A DNA stretch of 64,000 bases, from assembly GCA_964655375.1 (NCBI GenBank), contig CAZZNB010000045.1:2015-66014 (forward strand), written 5' to 3'. Position 1 is the stretch's first letter, and the number at the start of each line of letters is the position of its first letter. The notes under the pieces are model-generated. The model worked only from the letters and a program-made list of their open reading frames with translations. It had not been told where the DNA came from and did not search any database. The DNA comes from an uncultured Candidatus Saccharibacteria bacterium. Its GTDB lineage: Bacteria; Patescibacteriota; Minisyncoccia; UBA6257; HR35. Below, piece by piece: positions 20,069-29,204 of this stretch. A program made the translations under genes and the position numbers.

Positions 20069-23000
20069 TTTATGTAAATCTTTTTTGGTTTGAATATATT
20101 GAATGCATTAAATATACTTGCAATTAAATTCTTTGTAATCTCAAATGTCCTTCTGATTAAACCAAACTTAGTTTCCTTTTGCATTTTATAGCTTTCTGAT
20201 TCAGGAAGAGAAGGAATAGGTTCTTGTGATTCAGATTTTAATTCTTCTTCAATAGATCTTAATAAATCATTGTAATTTTTGCATAACTCATAATTTTCAT
20301 TCATAATGTTGTTAATCTCTTCTGTATAATTTTCTAAATTATTCGCGATTTTATTAATTTCTTCTTCATCCAATTTAGATAAGTATTCATTCCATACTCT
20401 ATTTGTTTCTTCTTCTAAAAGCTTATTTAGTTCATTTAATTTATTTTTTAAGATAACTAATTCCTCTAATTCTGTTCCATGTTCCGTTATTAATTCTTTT
20501 ATTTTTATTAAAATATTTTTATATGAAGACGATAAATCTTTTAAATACTCTAAAGCCTCACCAAGTTTTAAAGCAATTGCCTTAGTTAGTTTCTTTGGTT
20601 CTGCAGAATATCGGAATTCAAACTCATACAGAGGAGTATTAGCTGGGGTAGTAACAGTTTTTGTGTATTGAATAGTATTGTTAGCATAAGCTTCTATTTT
20701 TTCAAAATAAGGAATTAAATAATCATCAATTTCTTTTTGAATTTGGTTCAATTGCGAAGGATCATAAGCGCCTGAAATTATATTATTGAGATGGGTATTA
20801 AGAGAATTTAAGAAATAACTTTGTTCAATTGTAGTTTGTGATGAACCATACAAAGAATAAAGAATAATTAAAAGATCATGGGCAATAAGATAGATAGAAG
20901 CATAACGGTTAGTAGAAGCTTTAATTTCATCTTTTCCATCTCCATGAATATCTACAGTGCTATCTTCATATCTTGAACTAATCCAATCATAAGTTAACTC
21001 AGAAAGCTTTAAATCAAATAAATAAGTTGGATAAAATTTTTTATAAAAACTTAATTTAACCTCTTCTTTTAAATTAGGATAAATTATAGGTTGTTTTCCT
21101 TTATAAGTACAAGAGCCTGCTATAATCTTATCTGAAAGATCCTCCCGTTGTGCTTCATCATAATAAAATATGTAATAAGAAGGAAAAGATAGACACTTAG
21201 AAGATTTTTTAATTAATTTTTCTACATCAGGATAATCACTGAAAAATGTCATTAATTTATTGTTATACCCTATATTATATAATTTTGACATTTCAAAATT
21301 AATTGATTTTATTTTGTCTTCAATTTTGCTCTCTACTTCCTGTATTTTTTGAGAAGTAGAAGCAATTTCAAGATTTAATTGTGTAATAGTAGCACTTTCT
21401 AAAAGCTGATTGATATTTCTTAGCTCCTCTAAAGTAGATGAAGGAAGAAAATTCTGAATTTGGATTAATCTTTCCGAGTTTTTATTAAACAAAAATTCTA
21501 TTTGTTCAAGTTGTATGAGTTTTTCTTCGGATAATTTTAAGTTTTGGTTTTCTAAATAACTATATAGCTCATCATTAAATGAAGTTGTAGTAGATAAATA
21601 ATTTTCTGTTTCATTTATGACCTTTGTTAGTTTATCTAGAATTTTGATTAATTTTTTGTAAGAAGCTTCAATTTCAGATTGAGCAATTTCTGCAGTTTTC
21701 GCTAATTGAGATTCCAAAGTATCCTTACAAGCTTGTTTTAGTCCAGGAGAATCTAAATATTCTGTTTTCGAACAAATCTTTTCTATTCTTTCTTGAGAGT
21801 AAGCATTTTTTATATCTGTTAGAATTTCGTTTTTAGTTTTTCTGCTTTCTAAACTTGCAAAGCCTTTATCTATTATTTTGAATAATTTAGTTGAAAGCCA
21901 AGATCTTATAAATGCAACTAAAACATTAGCTGCCCTTTCTTGAGATTTAAAGAACTCCAAAGGAGAAAGTAGGATTTGTTCTTTTAGTTTTTCAAAATCA
22001 GAAGGAGAAGAGAGTGTAGGACCAGGAATTAAACATCTTGGATCTTCACCAGATATATTTTTTTCTTGATCAATTCTTTGATTAACATCTTGTAATTTCT
22101 TATCTAGCTCTTGAACTTTTTCTGTATCACCTTCTTCCATAGCTTGTGCTATTTGTTTCATAACTTCCTCTCTTTCTACTTCGCTCCAACTCTTTAGACA
22201 CTCAGTTTTAGGTTTAAATGTAAGCCCTCCTTGTTGTTGGAATTGAATATCTAATTTCTCTTTCTCTTTTTCTAATTCAGCATTAATTTCTGCTAGATCT
22301 CGAGAGATTAAATAAGAGCAATTTTTAAGTTGAATTTCTGTATTTATTTTTTCAATATAAGGGAAAAGAATGCTGCTATAAGAAGAAAAATCTTGCGATG
22401 GGTAAAATTGAGCTAAAAGATTTTTAGGATTAATTAAATTAAAAATATTAGCTAAAGCATTTTGTGGTTTAGTTTCAATTTTCGCAATTAATTCTTTAGG
22501 TTTACTGTTAAAAGCAGACGAAGCACCTTCAAATCCACCCCAACTTTCTAAAGCTTCTTCATAAATAGGTTCTGTTATACCTAAATTTTTATAAACAAAA
22601 ATTTCCTCTTCTGGTTCGCATGGTCTTTTGCTTAATATATTTAATTCTTGTAATTTCATAAATGCATTAAAATACTTCATTAATTTACGAGCGTTTTCAG
22701 ACTGTGATGCTAAATCAAGCCCAGCTATAGTATTGTTTTTTAAAATACTGGCAAAACACCATCTTAGATCATCTGGAATACACGGCAAATCTTTATATTT
22801 ATTTAAAATTCTATTTAAACCCTTTTGTTGCGCCAAAAATAACCTAAAATTTCTATATAAATTGATGTCAGAAATGTAATTTTTTAAAATTTTGTTATAG
22901 ATAAAATCATTTATTTTACTAATTAACTTAAACTTGAAATATTCTAATGCATCTTTAATAGCGAGCTGAATAGAGGCTTTAATTGATGCAGCTAAATTTT

Positions 23001-23373
23001 TAGTAGTTTCTTTTAGGGAGTTTCTTATATCTATATTTACTTCACGTGCGCCTACTGGAACTTTACCTATTAAACCACTTATTACATCACCAATTATTCC
23101 TGTTAAAATCTCAGCCAAAAATCCTCTTAATAAACTTTCAAAAAAACCAGGAGGTTTAGGCTCCTTACCAGAAAAATATTCAAATTCACTTATATATTCA
23201 ACTGTATCAGTAGTATATTCTAATTCCTCTATTTTTATAGGATCAGGAATTTTGCATTGAAGATAATAAGAAGAAAAGTCTATTTCATTATAATCTTGAG
23301 AAAAAACAAAATTTAATGGGATATTTAATGTTAATATGCTTATTATGATTAAAAATACAATAATTTTTTTCAT
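20065..23373 (-). CDS. Large exported coiled-coil protein (1102 aa)
   Basis: Signal peptide, scattered Cys, long heptad-rich helices. Confidence 0.75.
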   Translation of the reverse strand: MKKIIVFLIIISILTLNIPLNFVFSQDYNEIDFSSYYLQCKIPDPIKIEELEYTTDTVEYISEFEYFSGKEPKPPGFFESLLRGFLAEILTGIIGDVISGLIGKVPVGAREVNIDIRNSLKETTKNLAASIKASIQLAIKDALEYFKFKLISKINDFIYNKILKNYISDINLYRNFRLFLAQQKGLNRILNKYKDLPCIPDDLRWCFASILKNNTIAGLDLASQSENARKLMKYFNAFMKLQELNILSKRPCEPEEEIFVYKNLGITEPIYEEALESWGGFEGASSAFNSKPKELIAKIETKPQNALANIFNLINPKNLLAQFYPSQDFSSYSSILFPYIEKINTEIQLKNCSYLISRDLAEINAELEKEKEKLDIQFQQQGGLTFKPKTECLKSWSEVEREEVMKQIAQAMEEGDTEKVQELDKKLQDVNQRIDQEKNISGEDPRCLIPGPTLSSPSDFEKLKEQILLSPLEFFKSQERAANVLVAFIRSWLSTKLFKIIDKGFASLESRKTKNEILTDIKNAYSQERIEKICSKTEYLDSPGLKQACKDTLESQLAKTAEIAQSEIEASYKKLIKILDKLTKVINETENYLSTTTSFNDELYSYLENQNLKLSEEKLIQLEQIEFLFNKNSERLIQIQNFLPSSTLEELRNINQLLESATITQLNLEIASTSQKIQEVESKIEDKIKSINFEMSKLYNIGYNNKLMTFFSDYPDVEKLIKKSSKCLSFPSYYIFYYDEAQREDLSDKIIAGSCTYKGKQPIIYPNLKEEVKLSFYKKFYPTYLFDLKLSELTYDWISSRYEDSTVDIHGDGKDEIKASTNRYASIYLIAHDLLIILYSLYGSSQTTIEQSYFLNSLNTHLNNIISGAYDPSQLNQIQKEIDDYLIPYFEKIEAYANNTIQYTKTVTTPANTPLYEFEFRYSAEPKKLTKAIALKLGEALEYLKDLSSSYKNILIKIKELITEHGTELEELVILKNKLNELNKLLEEETNRVWNEYLSKLDEEEINKIANNLENYTEEINNIMNENYELCKNYNDLLRSIEEELKSESQEPIPSLPESESYKMQKETKFGLIRRTFEITKNLIASIFNAFNIFKPKKIYIK

Positions 23374-23376
23374 TTT

Positions 23377-24024
23377 TTATAATTTCTCAATAAGTTTTTC
23401 TTGTAAATCTATTAATTCATCTAAAATTACACTTAATATATAAGCATATTCAGGATCTTCTGTTAAAGCAATATTTTTTAAAGAATAACCAATTCCTGCA
23501 AGCAAGAGAGTTTGTGCTTTATGGAAATTGTAATAATCTTTTGGAACCTCTATTTTTGAAAAATCTTCGGTTATAGATAGAATAAGTTCCGCAGAATTAT
23601 TTAATGCATCTTTATTGTTGAAATCAATTTGGATAAATTTCATTTTATTTAAAACATTTTTTATTTCATTGGCGTAAATTTTATAATCTTTACTTTTATT
23701 TATTTTTATGTTTTTAATATATGTAGATGCAAATTCTAAAATTTCTGCTTCTATTTCTGTTTTTCTATTTGATAATTTTAAATTTTCTATCTTACTTATA
23801 AAATTTATTTCTTTATAAATTTTACTTTCAGGGGTTTTAATAAAGTTGATAATCTCCTTAAATTCAGGCGGAGCATCTTCTAAAATCTTTTCATATTTTT
23901 CTTTGCTTTCATTTTTTGACAAAGAGATATTTTTATTTAAATTTAAAAATCCTATTAAAGTTATCACAAGAAAAATAGTAATTGCCGATAAAATCGTTAA
24001 CAGCTTTTTGTTTATTTTTAACAT
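23377..24024 (-). CDS. Membrane-anchored helical hypothetical protein
   Basis: N-terminal TM; IEVP..Y.NFH motif; first gene after tRNA-Thr. Confidence 0.7.
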   Translation of the reverse strand: MLKINKKLLTILSAITIFLVITLIGFLNLNKNISLSKNESKEKYEKILEDAPPEFKEIINFIKTPESKIYKEINFISKIENLKLSNRKTEIEAEILEFASTYIKNIKINKSKDYKIYANEIKNVLNKMKFIQIDFNNKDALNNSAELILSITEDFSKIEVPKDYYNFHKAQTLLLAGIGYSLKNIALTEDPEYAYILSVILDELIDLQEKLIEKL

Positions 24025-24029
24025 TTTTG

Positions 24030-24101
24030 AGCCAGCAGCGGGATTCGAACCCGCAACCTACTCCTTACGAAGGAGTCGCTCTACCATTGAGCTATGCTGG
24101 C
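24030..24101 (-). tRNA. tRNA-Thr(CGT)
   Basis: GCCAGCATAGCTCAATGGTAGAGC; anticodon arm ACTCC-TT-CGT-AA-GGAGT; GGTTCGAATCC; CCA not encoded. Confidence 0.95.
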
Positions 24102-24126
24102 CTATTAAATAATTTTAAAATTAAAT

Positions 24127-24405
24127 TTAAAAATTTTCAGGCAAAATAATAACTTTTTCATCAGGCTCTACTAAGTTAAATTTCTCTTTCATTTCCTTTT
24201 TAAAATTTTCAGGATCTGATAAATATTTTAATTTTTCTTTTAATTCTCTGTTTTCCTTTTCAAGTTTTTCTATATAATTTTTATAAACTCGAAATTCTTC
24301 TTTTAAAGGTTTATTTTTGATTTTTTCTTTAACAATAAAATATCCTAAATAAAAAATAATAGTAATTTGTAAAAATATTAAAAAAATTATTAATTTATTA
24401 GACAT
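24127..24405 (-). CDS. FtsB/DivIC-like septum formation initiator
   Basis: TM, coiled coil, then YLSDPE..KEKFNLVEPDEKVIIL. Confidence 0.8.
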   Translation of the reverse strand: MSNKLIIFLIFLQITIIFYLGYFIVKEKIKNKPLKEEFRVYKNYIEKLEKENRELKEKLKYLSDPENFKKEMKEKFNLVEPDEKVIILPENF

Positions 24406-24733
24406 TTTCATATTTTTTTATTTTAATTTTCTTTCCTATTTTTATAGTAATTAAACCATTTACATACTCATTTATTTTATGAAGATTAGTATAGTATAAA
24501 ATCAATTTCTCTAATTTTTTCTTTTTCGCTCTAGTATAATGAATTGAAGGATCAAAATCTAAATTTGATTTCAATGCTTTAACTTCATAAAAATAATATA
24601 CATTATCCTTTATAGCAATAATATCTATTTCCCCAAATCTTTTTAACCAATAATTTGTCTCTATTATTTTATAACCTTTTTTAATAAGAAATTTTTGAGC
24701 AATATTTTCTGCAACCTCTCCAATTTTTTTCAT
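24398..24733 (-). CDS. YraN-family (UPF0102) protein
   Basis: GEVAENIAQKFL..KGY.IIETNY..FGEIDIIA..EVK; start moved to ATG 24733. Confidence 0.9.
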   Translation of the reverse strand: MKKIGEVAENIAQKFLIKKGYKIIETNYWLKRFGEIDIIAIKDNVYYFYEVKALKSNLDFDPSIHYTRAKKKKLEKLILYYTNLHKINEYVNGLITIKIGKKIKIKKYENV

Positions 24734-24734
24734 A

Positions 24735-25220
24735 TTAATAAAAAAATCTTCTATAAAAAATCTCCCATAAGGGTATTGAATTTTCATATTCATCTAAAAA
24801 TTGAATTAAATAACTCCTAACTTCGTCGATGTTTAAATACATTTCTAGTGGAATAACAGGTCCTATTTTAAGAAATCCTTTAGGAACAAAATATATAAAG
24901 GCTCTGTCTCCTTCATGAAATATTTCAAAACCAACAATGTCATCCCAGCTGTAAAATTTATTATTTATATAAACTCCCTCTTCATTTAGTCTTATTCTTA
25001 ACTCTATAGGTTCATAAAAAATTGGATGGAAAAAGAAAAAAAGACCAATTAGAGATATTATTAGATAAAGAAAGTCTTTTGTAATAATAGCATAAATAAT
25101 TGACGCTCCTATGACTATACCCCAAAATAAATGCCAAAATAAATCTCCATAAGGATGTTCATAATGTGATAAAGTATTCCAAGAAAAATGAAACTTAGGG
25201 ACGTTTTTATTTTTAGCCAT
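24735..25220 (-). CDS. Membrane protein with two TMs and a PH-like soluble domain
   Basis: Two TMs then EGVYINNKFYSWDDI; start moved to ATG 25220. Confidence 0.65.
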   Translation of the reverse strand: MAKNKNVPKFHFSWNTLSHYEHPYGDLFWHLFWGIVIGASIIYAIITKDFLYLIISLIGLFFFFHPIFYEPIELRIRLNEEGVYINNKFYSWDDIVGFEIFHEGDRAFIYFVPKGFLKIGPVIPLEMYLNIDEVRSYLIQFLDEYENSIPLWEIFYRRFFY

Positions 25221-25261
25221 ATTGATTTTAAAATTAAATCCTCGATTATAATTATAAAATA

Positions 25262-27679
25262 ATGAGTTTTCCATTTAAAAAAATAGAAAAAAAGTGGCAA
25301 AGAATTTGGGCAAAAAATAATTTTAAAATTTGGCACTCAAAAGATTTTAAGGGTAAAAAAATATATATTTTAGATATGTTCCCTTATCCTTCAGGCGAAG
25401 GCCTACACGTAGGCCATGTTTTAGGTTATACCGGAACAGATATTTTAAGTAGATATTATCGCATGAAAGGGTACAATGTTTTACACCCTATGGGATGGGA
25501 TGCTTTTGGTCTTCCTGCAGAAAACTATGCTATTAAAATGAAAAAAAATCCTATGACTTTCGTTCCTAAAAATATAAAAAGATATAAAAAACAAATGATT
25601 ATGTTAGGATTAAGCTATGATTGGCAAAGAGAAATAAATACAACCGATCCTGATTACTATAAATGGACTCAATGGATGTTTTTAAAAATGTATGAAAAGG
25701 GTTTAGTTTATGAAAAATCTGCTCCTATTAATTTTTGTCCTTCATGTAAAACAGGATTAGCTAATGAAGAAGTAATTCAAGGAAAATGTGAAAGATGTGG
25801 GAGTAAGACAGAAATAAAATATTTAAATCAATGGCACATTAAAATAACCGCTTATGCAGATAGATTATTAGAAGATTTAGAAGAATTAGATTGGCCAGAG
25901 AATGTTAAAGAAATGCAAAAAAATTGGATTGGGAAAAGCGAAGGTTATGAAGTAGATTTTAAAATTATAGATCAAGAATATAAGTTAACAATATTTACTA
26001 CAAGATTGGATACTATTTTCGGAGTTACCTTTTTAGTTCTTGCACCTGAGCATCCATTGTGCTTAAAGATTGCAAAAGAAGATTATTATTTCTCAGTAAA
26101 AGATTATATAGAAGAGGTTTTGAAGAAACCAGAAAGAGAAAGAAAAATGGAGGAAGAAATAACTGGTGTATTTACTGGTTCTTATGCGATCCATCCATTT
26201 ACAGGAGAGAAAATTCCTATATGGATTAGCGATTATGTTTTATATTCTTATGGAACAGGTGCAATAATGGGAGTTCCTGCGCATGATTCTAGAGATTATA
26301 AATTTGCAAAAAAATTCAATTTAAAAATTATCCCAGTAATACAACCAGATAAAAATAAAGAGCCAGATAATCTACCTTTTGAAGAATTCGGATATTTAAT
26401 CAATTCTTTTGACTATAATGGATTAGATTCTCAAAGCGCAATTTTAAAAATAGGCGAAGAATTAGAAAGAAAAAATATAGGCAAAAAAGCAGTTTATTAT
26501 AAATTAAGGGACTGGATATTTTCTAGACAAAGATATTGGGGAGAACCTATCCCTTTAATAAGATGTCCTAAGTGTGGGATTGTTCCCTTAAAAGAGAAAG
26601 ATTTACCATTAAAATTACCTAAAATTAAAAGTTATGAACCTACAGGTACAGGGGAGTCACCTCTGAAAAATATTCAAAAATGGGTTAAAACAAAATGCCC
26701 AAAATGTAATGGACCAGCAGAAAGAGAAACTCATACAATGCCACAGTGGGCTGGTTCTTGTTGGTATTATTTAAGATATATTGATCCTAAAAATAAAAAA
26801 GAATTCGCTGATTATAAAAAATTAAAATACTGGCTTCCTGTTGATATTTATGTTGGTGGAGTTGAGCATGCAGTTCTTCACTTGCTTTATGCTAGGTTTT
26901 GGCACAAGTTTTTATACGATTTAGGTTTAGTTCCTACAAAAGAACCATTCAAAAAATTAGTTAATCAAGGTTTAATTCTAGGGCCAGATCATGAAAAAAT
27001 GTCTAAATCTAGAGGTAATGTAATTGTGCCTGATGAGGTTGTCAAAAAATATGGAGCAGATACGTTAAGAATTTATGAAATGTTTATGGGGCCATTTGAA
27101 GAAGTAAAACCATGGGATACCCAAGGAATTATAGGTGTTCATAGATTTTTAAATAGAATTTGGGAATTATCTAAAAAAATAAAACGAAAAAAGATAAAAA
27201 AAGAAAAAGATAAAGAGATATTAAGGGAAATAAATAAATTAATTAAAAAAGTTAGCGAAGATATTGAAAATTTCAAATTTAACACTGCAGTAAGTGCAAT
27301 GATGGAATTTGTAAATTTTATTAGTAATAGAGAAATTTCAATAGAAACTTGGATGAAATTTATTAAATTACTATTTCCATTTGCTCCACATATTTCACAA
27401 GAAATATGGTCTTTATTTGGCAATAAAAAATTATTAGATTATGAAAAATGGCCAGAATATGATCAGAAATATATAGAAGAAAAAATAAGAAAAATAATTG
27501 TTCAAATAAATGGTAAAAAAAGAGATGAAATAGAAATAGAAGAAAGCCAAATTGATATCGAAAAATTAAAAGAAATAGTTTTAAATAGGCAAAGAATTAA
27601 AAAGTTTTTAGAAGATAAAAAAATTAGTAAGATAATTTTAGCTCAAAATAAAATTTTAAATATAGTAACAGAAAATTAA
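25262..27679 (+). CDS. leuS: Leucine--tRNA ligase
   Basis: MFPYPSGEGLHVGH, SRQRYWGEPIP, GGVEHAVLHLLYARF, KMSKS. Confidence 0.98.
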   Translation: MSFPFKKIEKKWQRIWAKNNFKIWHSKDFKGKKIYILDMFPYPSGEGLHVGHVLGYTGTDILSRYYRMKGYNVLHPMGWDAFGLPAENYAIKMKKNPMTFVPKNIKRYKKQMIMLGLSYDWQREINTTDPDYYKWTQWMFLKMYEKGLVYEKSAPINFCPSCKTGLANEEVIQGKCERCGSKTEIKYLNQWHIKITAYADRLLEDLEELDWPENVKEMQKNWIGKSEGYEVDFKIIDQEYKLTIFTTRLDTIFGVTFLVLAPEHPLCLKIAKEDYYFSVKDYIEEVLKKPERERKMEEEITGVFTGSYAIHPFTGEKIPIWISDYVLYSYGTGAIMGVPAHDSRDYKFAKKFNLKIIPVIQPDKNKEPDNLPFEEFGYLINSFDYNGLDSQSAILKIGEELERKNIGKKAVYYKLRDWIFSRQRYWGEPIPLIRCPKCGIVPLKEKDLPLKLPKIKSYEPTGTGESPLKNIQKWVKTKCPKCNGPAERETHTMPQWAGSCWYYLRYIDPKNKKEFADYKKLKYWLPVDIYVGGVEHAVLHLLYARFWHKFLYDLGLVPTKEPFKKLVNQGLILGPDHEKMSKSRGNVIVPDEVVKKYGADTLRIYEMFMGPFEEVKPWDTQGIIGVHRFLNRIWELSKKIKRKKIKKEKDKEILREINKLIKKVSEDIENFKFNTAVSAMMEFVNFISNREISIETWMKFIKLLFPFAPHISQEIWSLFGNKKLLDYEKWPEYDQKYIEEKIRKIIVQINGKKRDEIEIEESQIDIEKLKEIVLNRQRIKKFLEDKKISKIILAQNKILNIVTEN

Positions 27680-28026
27680 AACCCTAAAGCACTTCCATAA
27701 CCTGTAATTGTTCCTATTGTAGGTATTGGTACTGGTGGAACTCCTGGCTTAACACAAACTCCACCAGGTACCCACCAACCCAACATTTTTGTTCCAGGCA
27801 CAGGTGGATAAATGAAGTTTAAATATCTATTACTTCCAATCGGAACAAAATAAGGTCCAGGTGGTATATTTACAAATCCTCCTAAAGGTGGTTGCACTTT
27901 AATCATAACTCCACCGTTTAGGCAAGGAAATGGAGAAAGATAAATTACTCTAGGTGTTCCAAATGGTAATCCTTGAGCAAAAGTTAAAATAGGTAAAAAT
28001 AAAAATATAGCTATTATTTTTTTCAT
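27676..28026 (-). CDS. Small exported Pro/Gly-rich protein
   Basis: Signal peptide (AQG), LPFG start, two Cys, many P/G. Confidence 0.7.
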   Translation of the reverse strand: MKKIIAIFLFLPILTFAQGLPFGTPRVIYLSPFPCLNGGVMIKVQPPLGGFVNIPPGPYFVPIGSNRYLNFIYPPVPGTKMLGWWVPGGVCVKPGVPPVPIPTIGTITGYGSALGF

Positions 28027-28030
28027 AATG

Positions 28031-28102
28031 TGCGGCTGGGAGGATTCGAACCTCCGACCTGGTGTTTATAAGACACCCGCTCTGCCACTGAGCTACAGCC
28101 GC
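28031..28102 (-). tRNA. tRNA-Ile(TAT)
   Basis: GCGGCTGTAGCTCAGTGGCAGAGC; anticodon arm GGTGT-CT-TAT-AA-ACACC; GGTTCGAATCC. Confidence 0.92.
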
Positions 28103-28135
28103 ATTATATATAATTTTATTTTATTTAATGTAAAT

Positions 28136-28504
28136 TTATTCTAATTCAATTTTTCTAAAGCCCTCTCCTTTAATTTTAGGAATCCTTATCATTAAGATTC
28201 CATCTTTTAAAGATGCTTTTATATTATCTGTGTCAACATCTCTTGGTAAAATTATAGTTTTTGAAAATGGACCCCAATAACATTCCCGGTATAAATAATC
28301 AGTTATTTTTGGATTTTCTGGTGGTAATCTTTTGCCTCTTATTATTAACATATCACCATGGACTAATATTTCTATATCATTCATCGTAACTCCTGAAATA
28401 GGAGACACAATAACTAATTCTCCATTTTTTAAATAAACGTCTACAGCTAATTGTCCTTCTTCTTCCTCTAAATTAATTGGATGTGTATGTTCCCACTCTG
28501 CCAT
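28136..28504 (-). CDS. Hsp20/alpha-crystallin small heat-shock protein
   Basis: EGQLAVDVY, RECYWGPFSKTIILP, ASLKDGIL. Confidence 0.92.
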   Translation of the reverse strand: MAEWEHTHPINLEEEEGQLAVDVYLKNGELVIVSPISGVTMNDIEILVHGDMLIIRGKRLPPENPKITDYLYRECYWGPFSKTIILPRDVDTDNIKASLKDGILMIRIPKIKGEGFRKIELE

Positions 28505-29204
28505 TTTTTATTTTTATTATTTTGAATTCTATTAATGTTACAAAATACACAGCCCATAAAATTGGGAAAATCAAAAGCTTAACATCTTCTCTAATTATAA
28601 AAATATTATACAAAAAATGCAAAAAACTTGCCATCAAAAAGCTATATATAAATGGTAAAACCCTTCTTGTTTTAAGACTAACTGCATAGCCAAATCCTAT
28701 AAGAACAGAAGCTAACATATGTAAGAAATTAGCTCCTAAAAATCTTAAAATTGATACAGCAATCGAGGCTAAAAATGGGTTTATATCTGGAGAAGGATTT
28801 ATTAAAATAGAACATATGTTTAAATATGTTTCAATAAAAGCAAATCCTAAAGCAGTAAATCCCATATATACCATTACATCAACAATTTCGTCAAAATATC
28901 TTGTAGGCAATATAAACAGAAATACTAAGATAAATTTGAAAAATTCTTCAATAAATGCTGATAAAAAATAATAAACATAGTTAAATTCATATCCTAATAA
29001 GGCATAAATTTTTGCTTGAGAAAAATAACTCAAAACTGCAGCAAAAACCCCTAAGATAATCGCAAATAAAAGCATATGCCTAGGTTCAGGATGGTCATCC
29101 TCTAAATAAATAAATTCCCACCAAACCCATATAGGAATTAAAGATGTTAGGAATATAAAAGTAAAATTTGGAAAGAAACAACTTGTTAAATTTGCTGTGG
29201 CCAC
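28473..29204 (-). CDS. PrsW-family intramembrane protease
   Basis: HPEP, IEEFFK, ALGFAFIE, H..LHFLYN. Confidence 0.88.
   Translation of the reverse strand: MATANLTSCFFPNFTFIFLTSLIPIWVWWEFIYLEDDHPEPRHMLLFAIILGVFAAVLSYFSQAKIYALLGYEFNYVYYFLSAFIEEFFKFILVFLFILPTRYFDEIVDVMVYMGFTALGFAFIETYLNICSILINPSPDINPFLASIAVSILRFLGANFLHMLASVLIGFGYAVSLKTRRVLPFIYSFLMASFLHFLYNIFIIREDVKLLIFPILWAVYFVTLIEFKIIKIKNGRVGTYTSN

Noticed and set aside
24030-24101. tRNA-Thr as attachment site of a conjugative element
   Set aside because: No duplicate of the tRNA 3' end seen near 10.1 kb; the last operon gene overlaps yidC; composition is host-like
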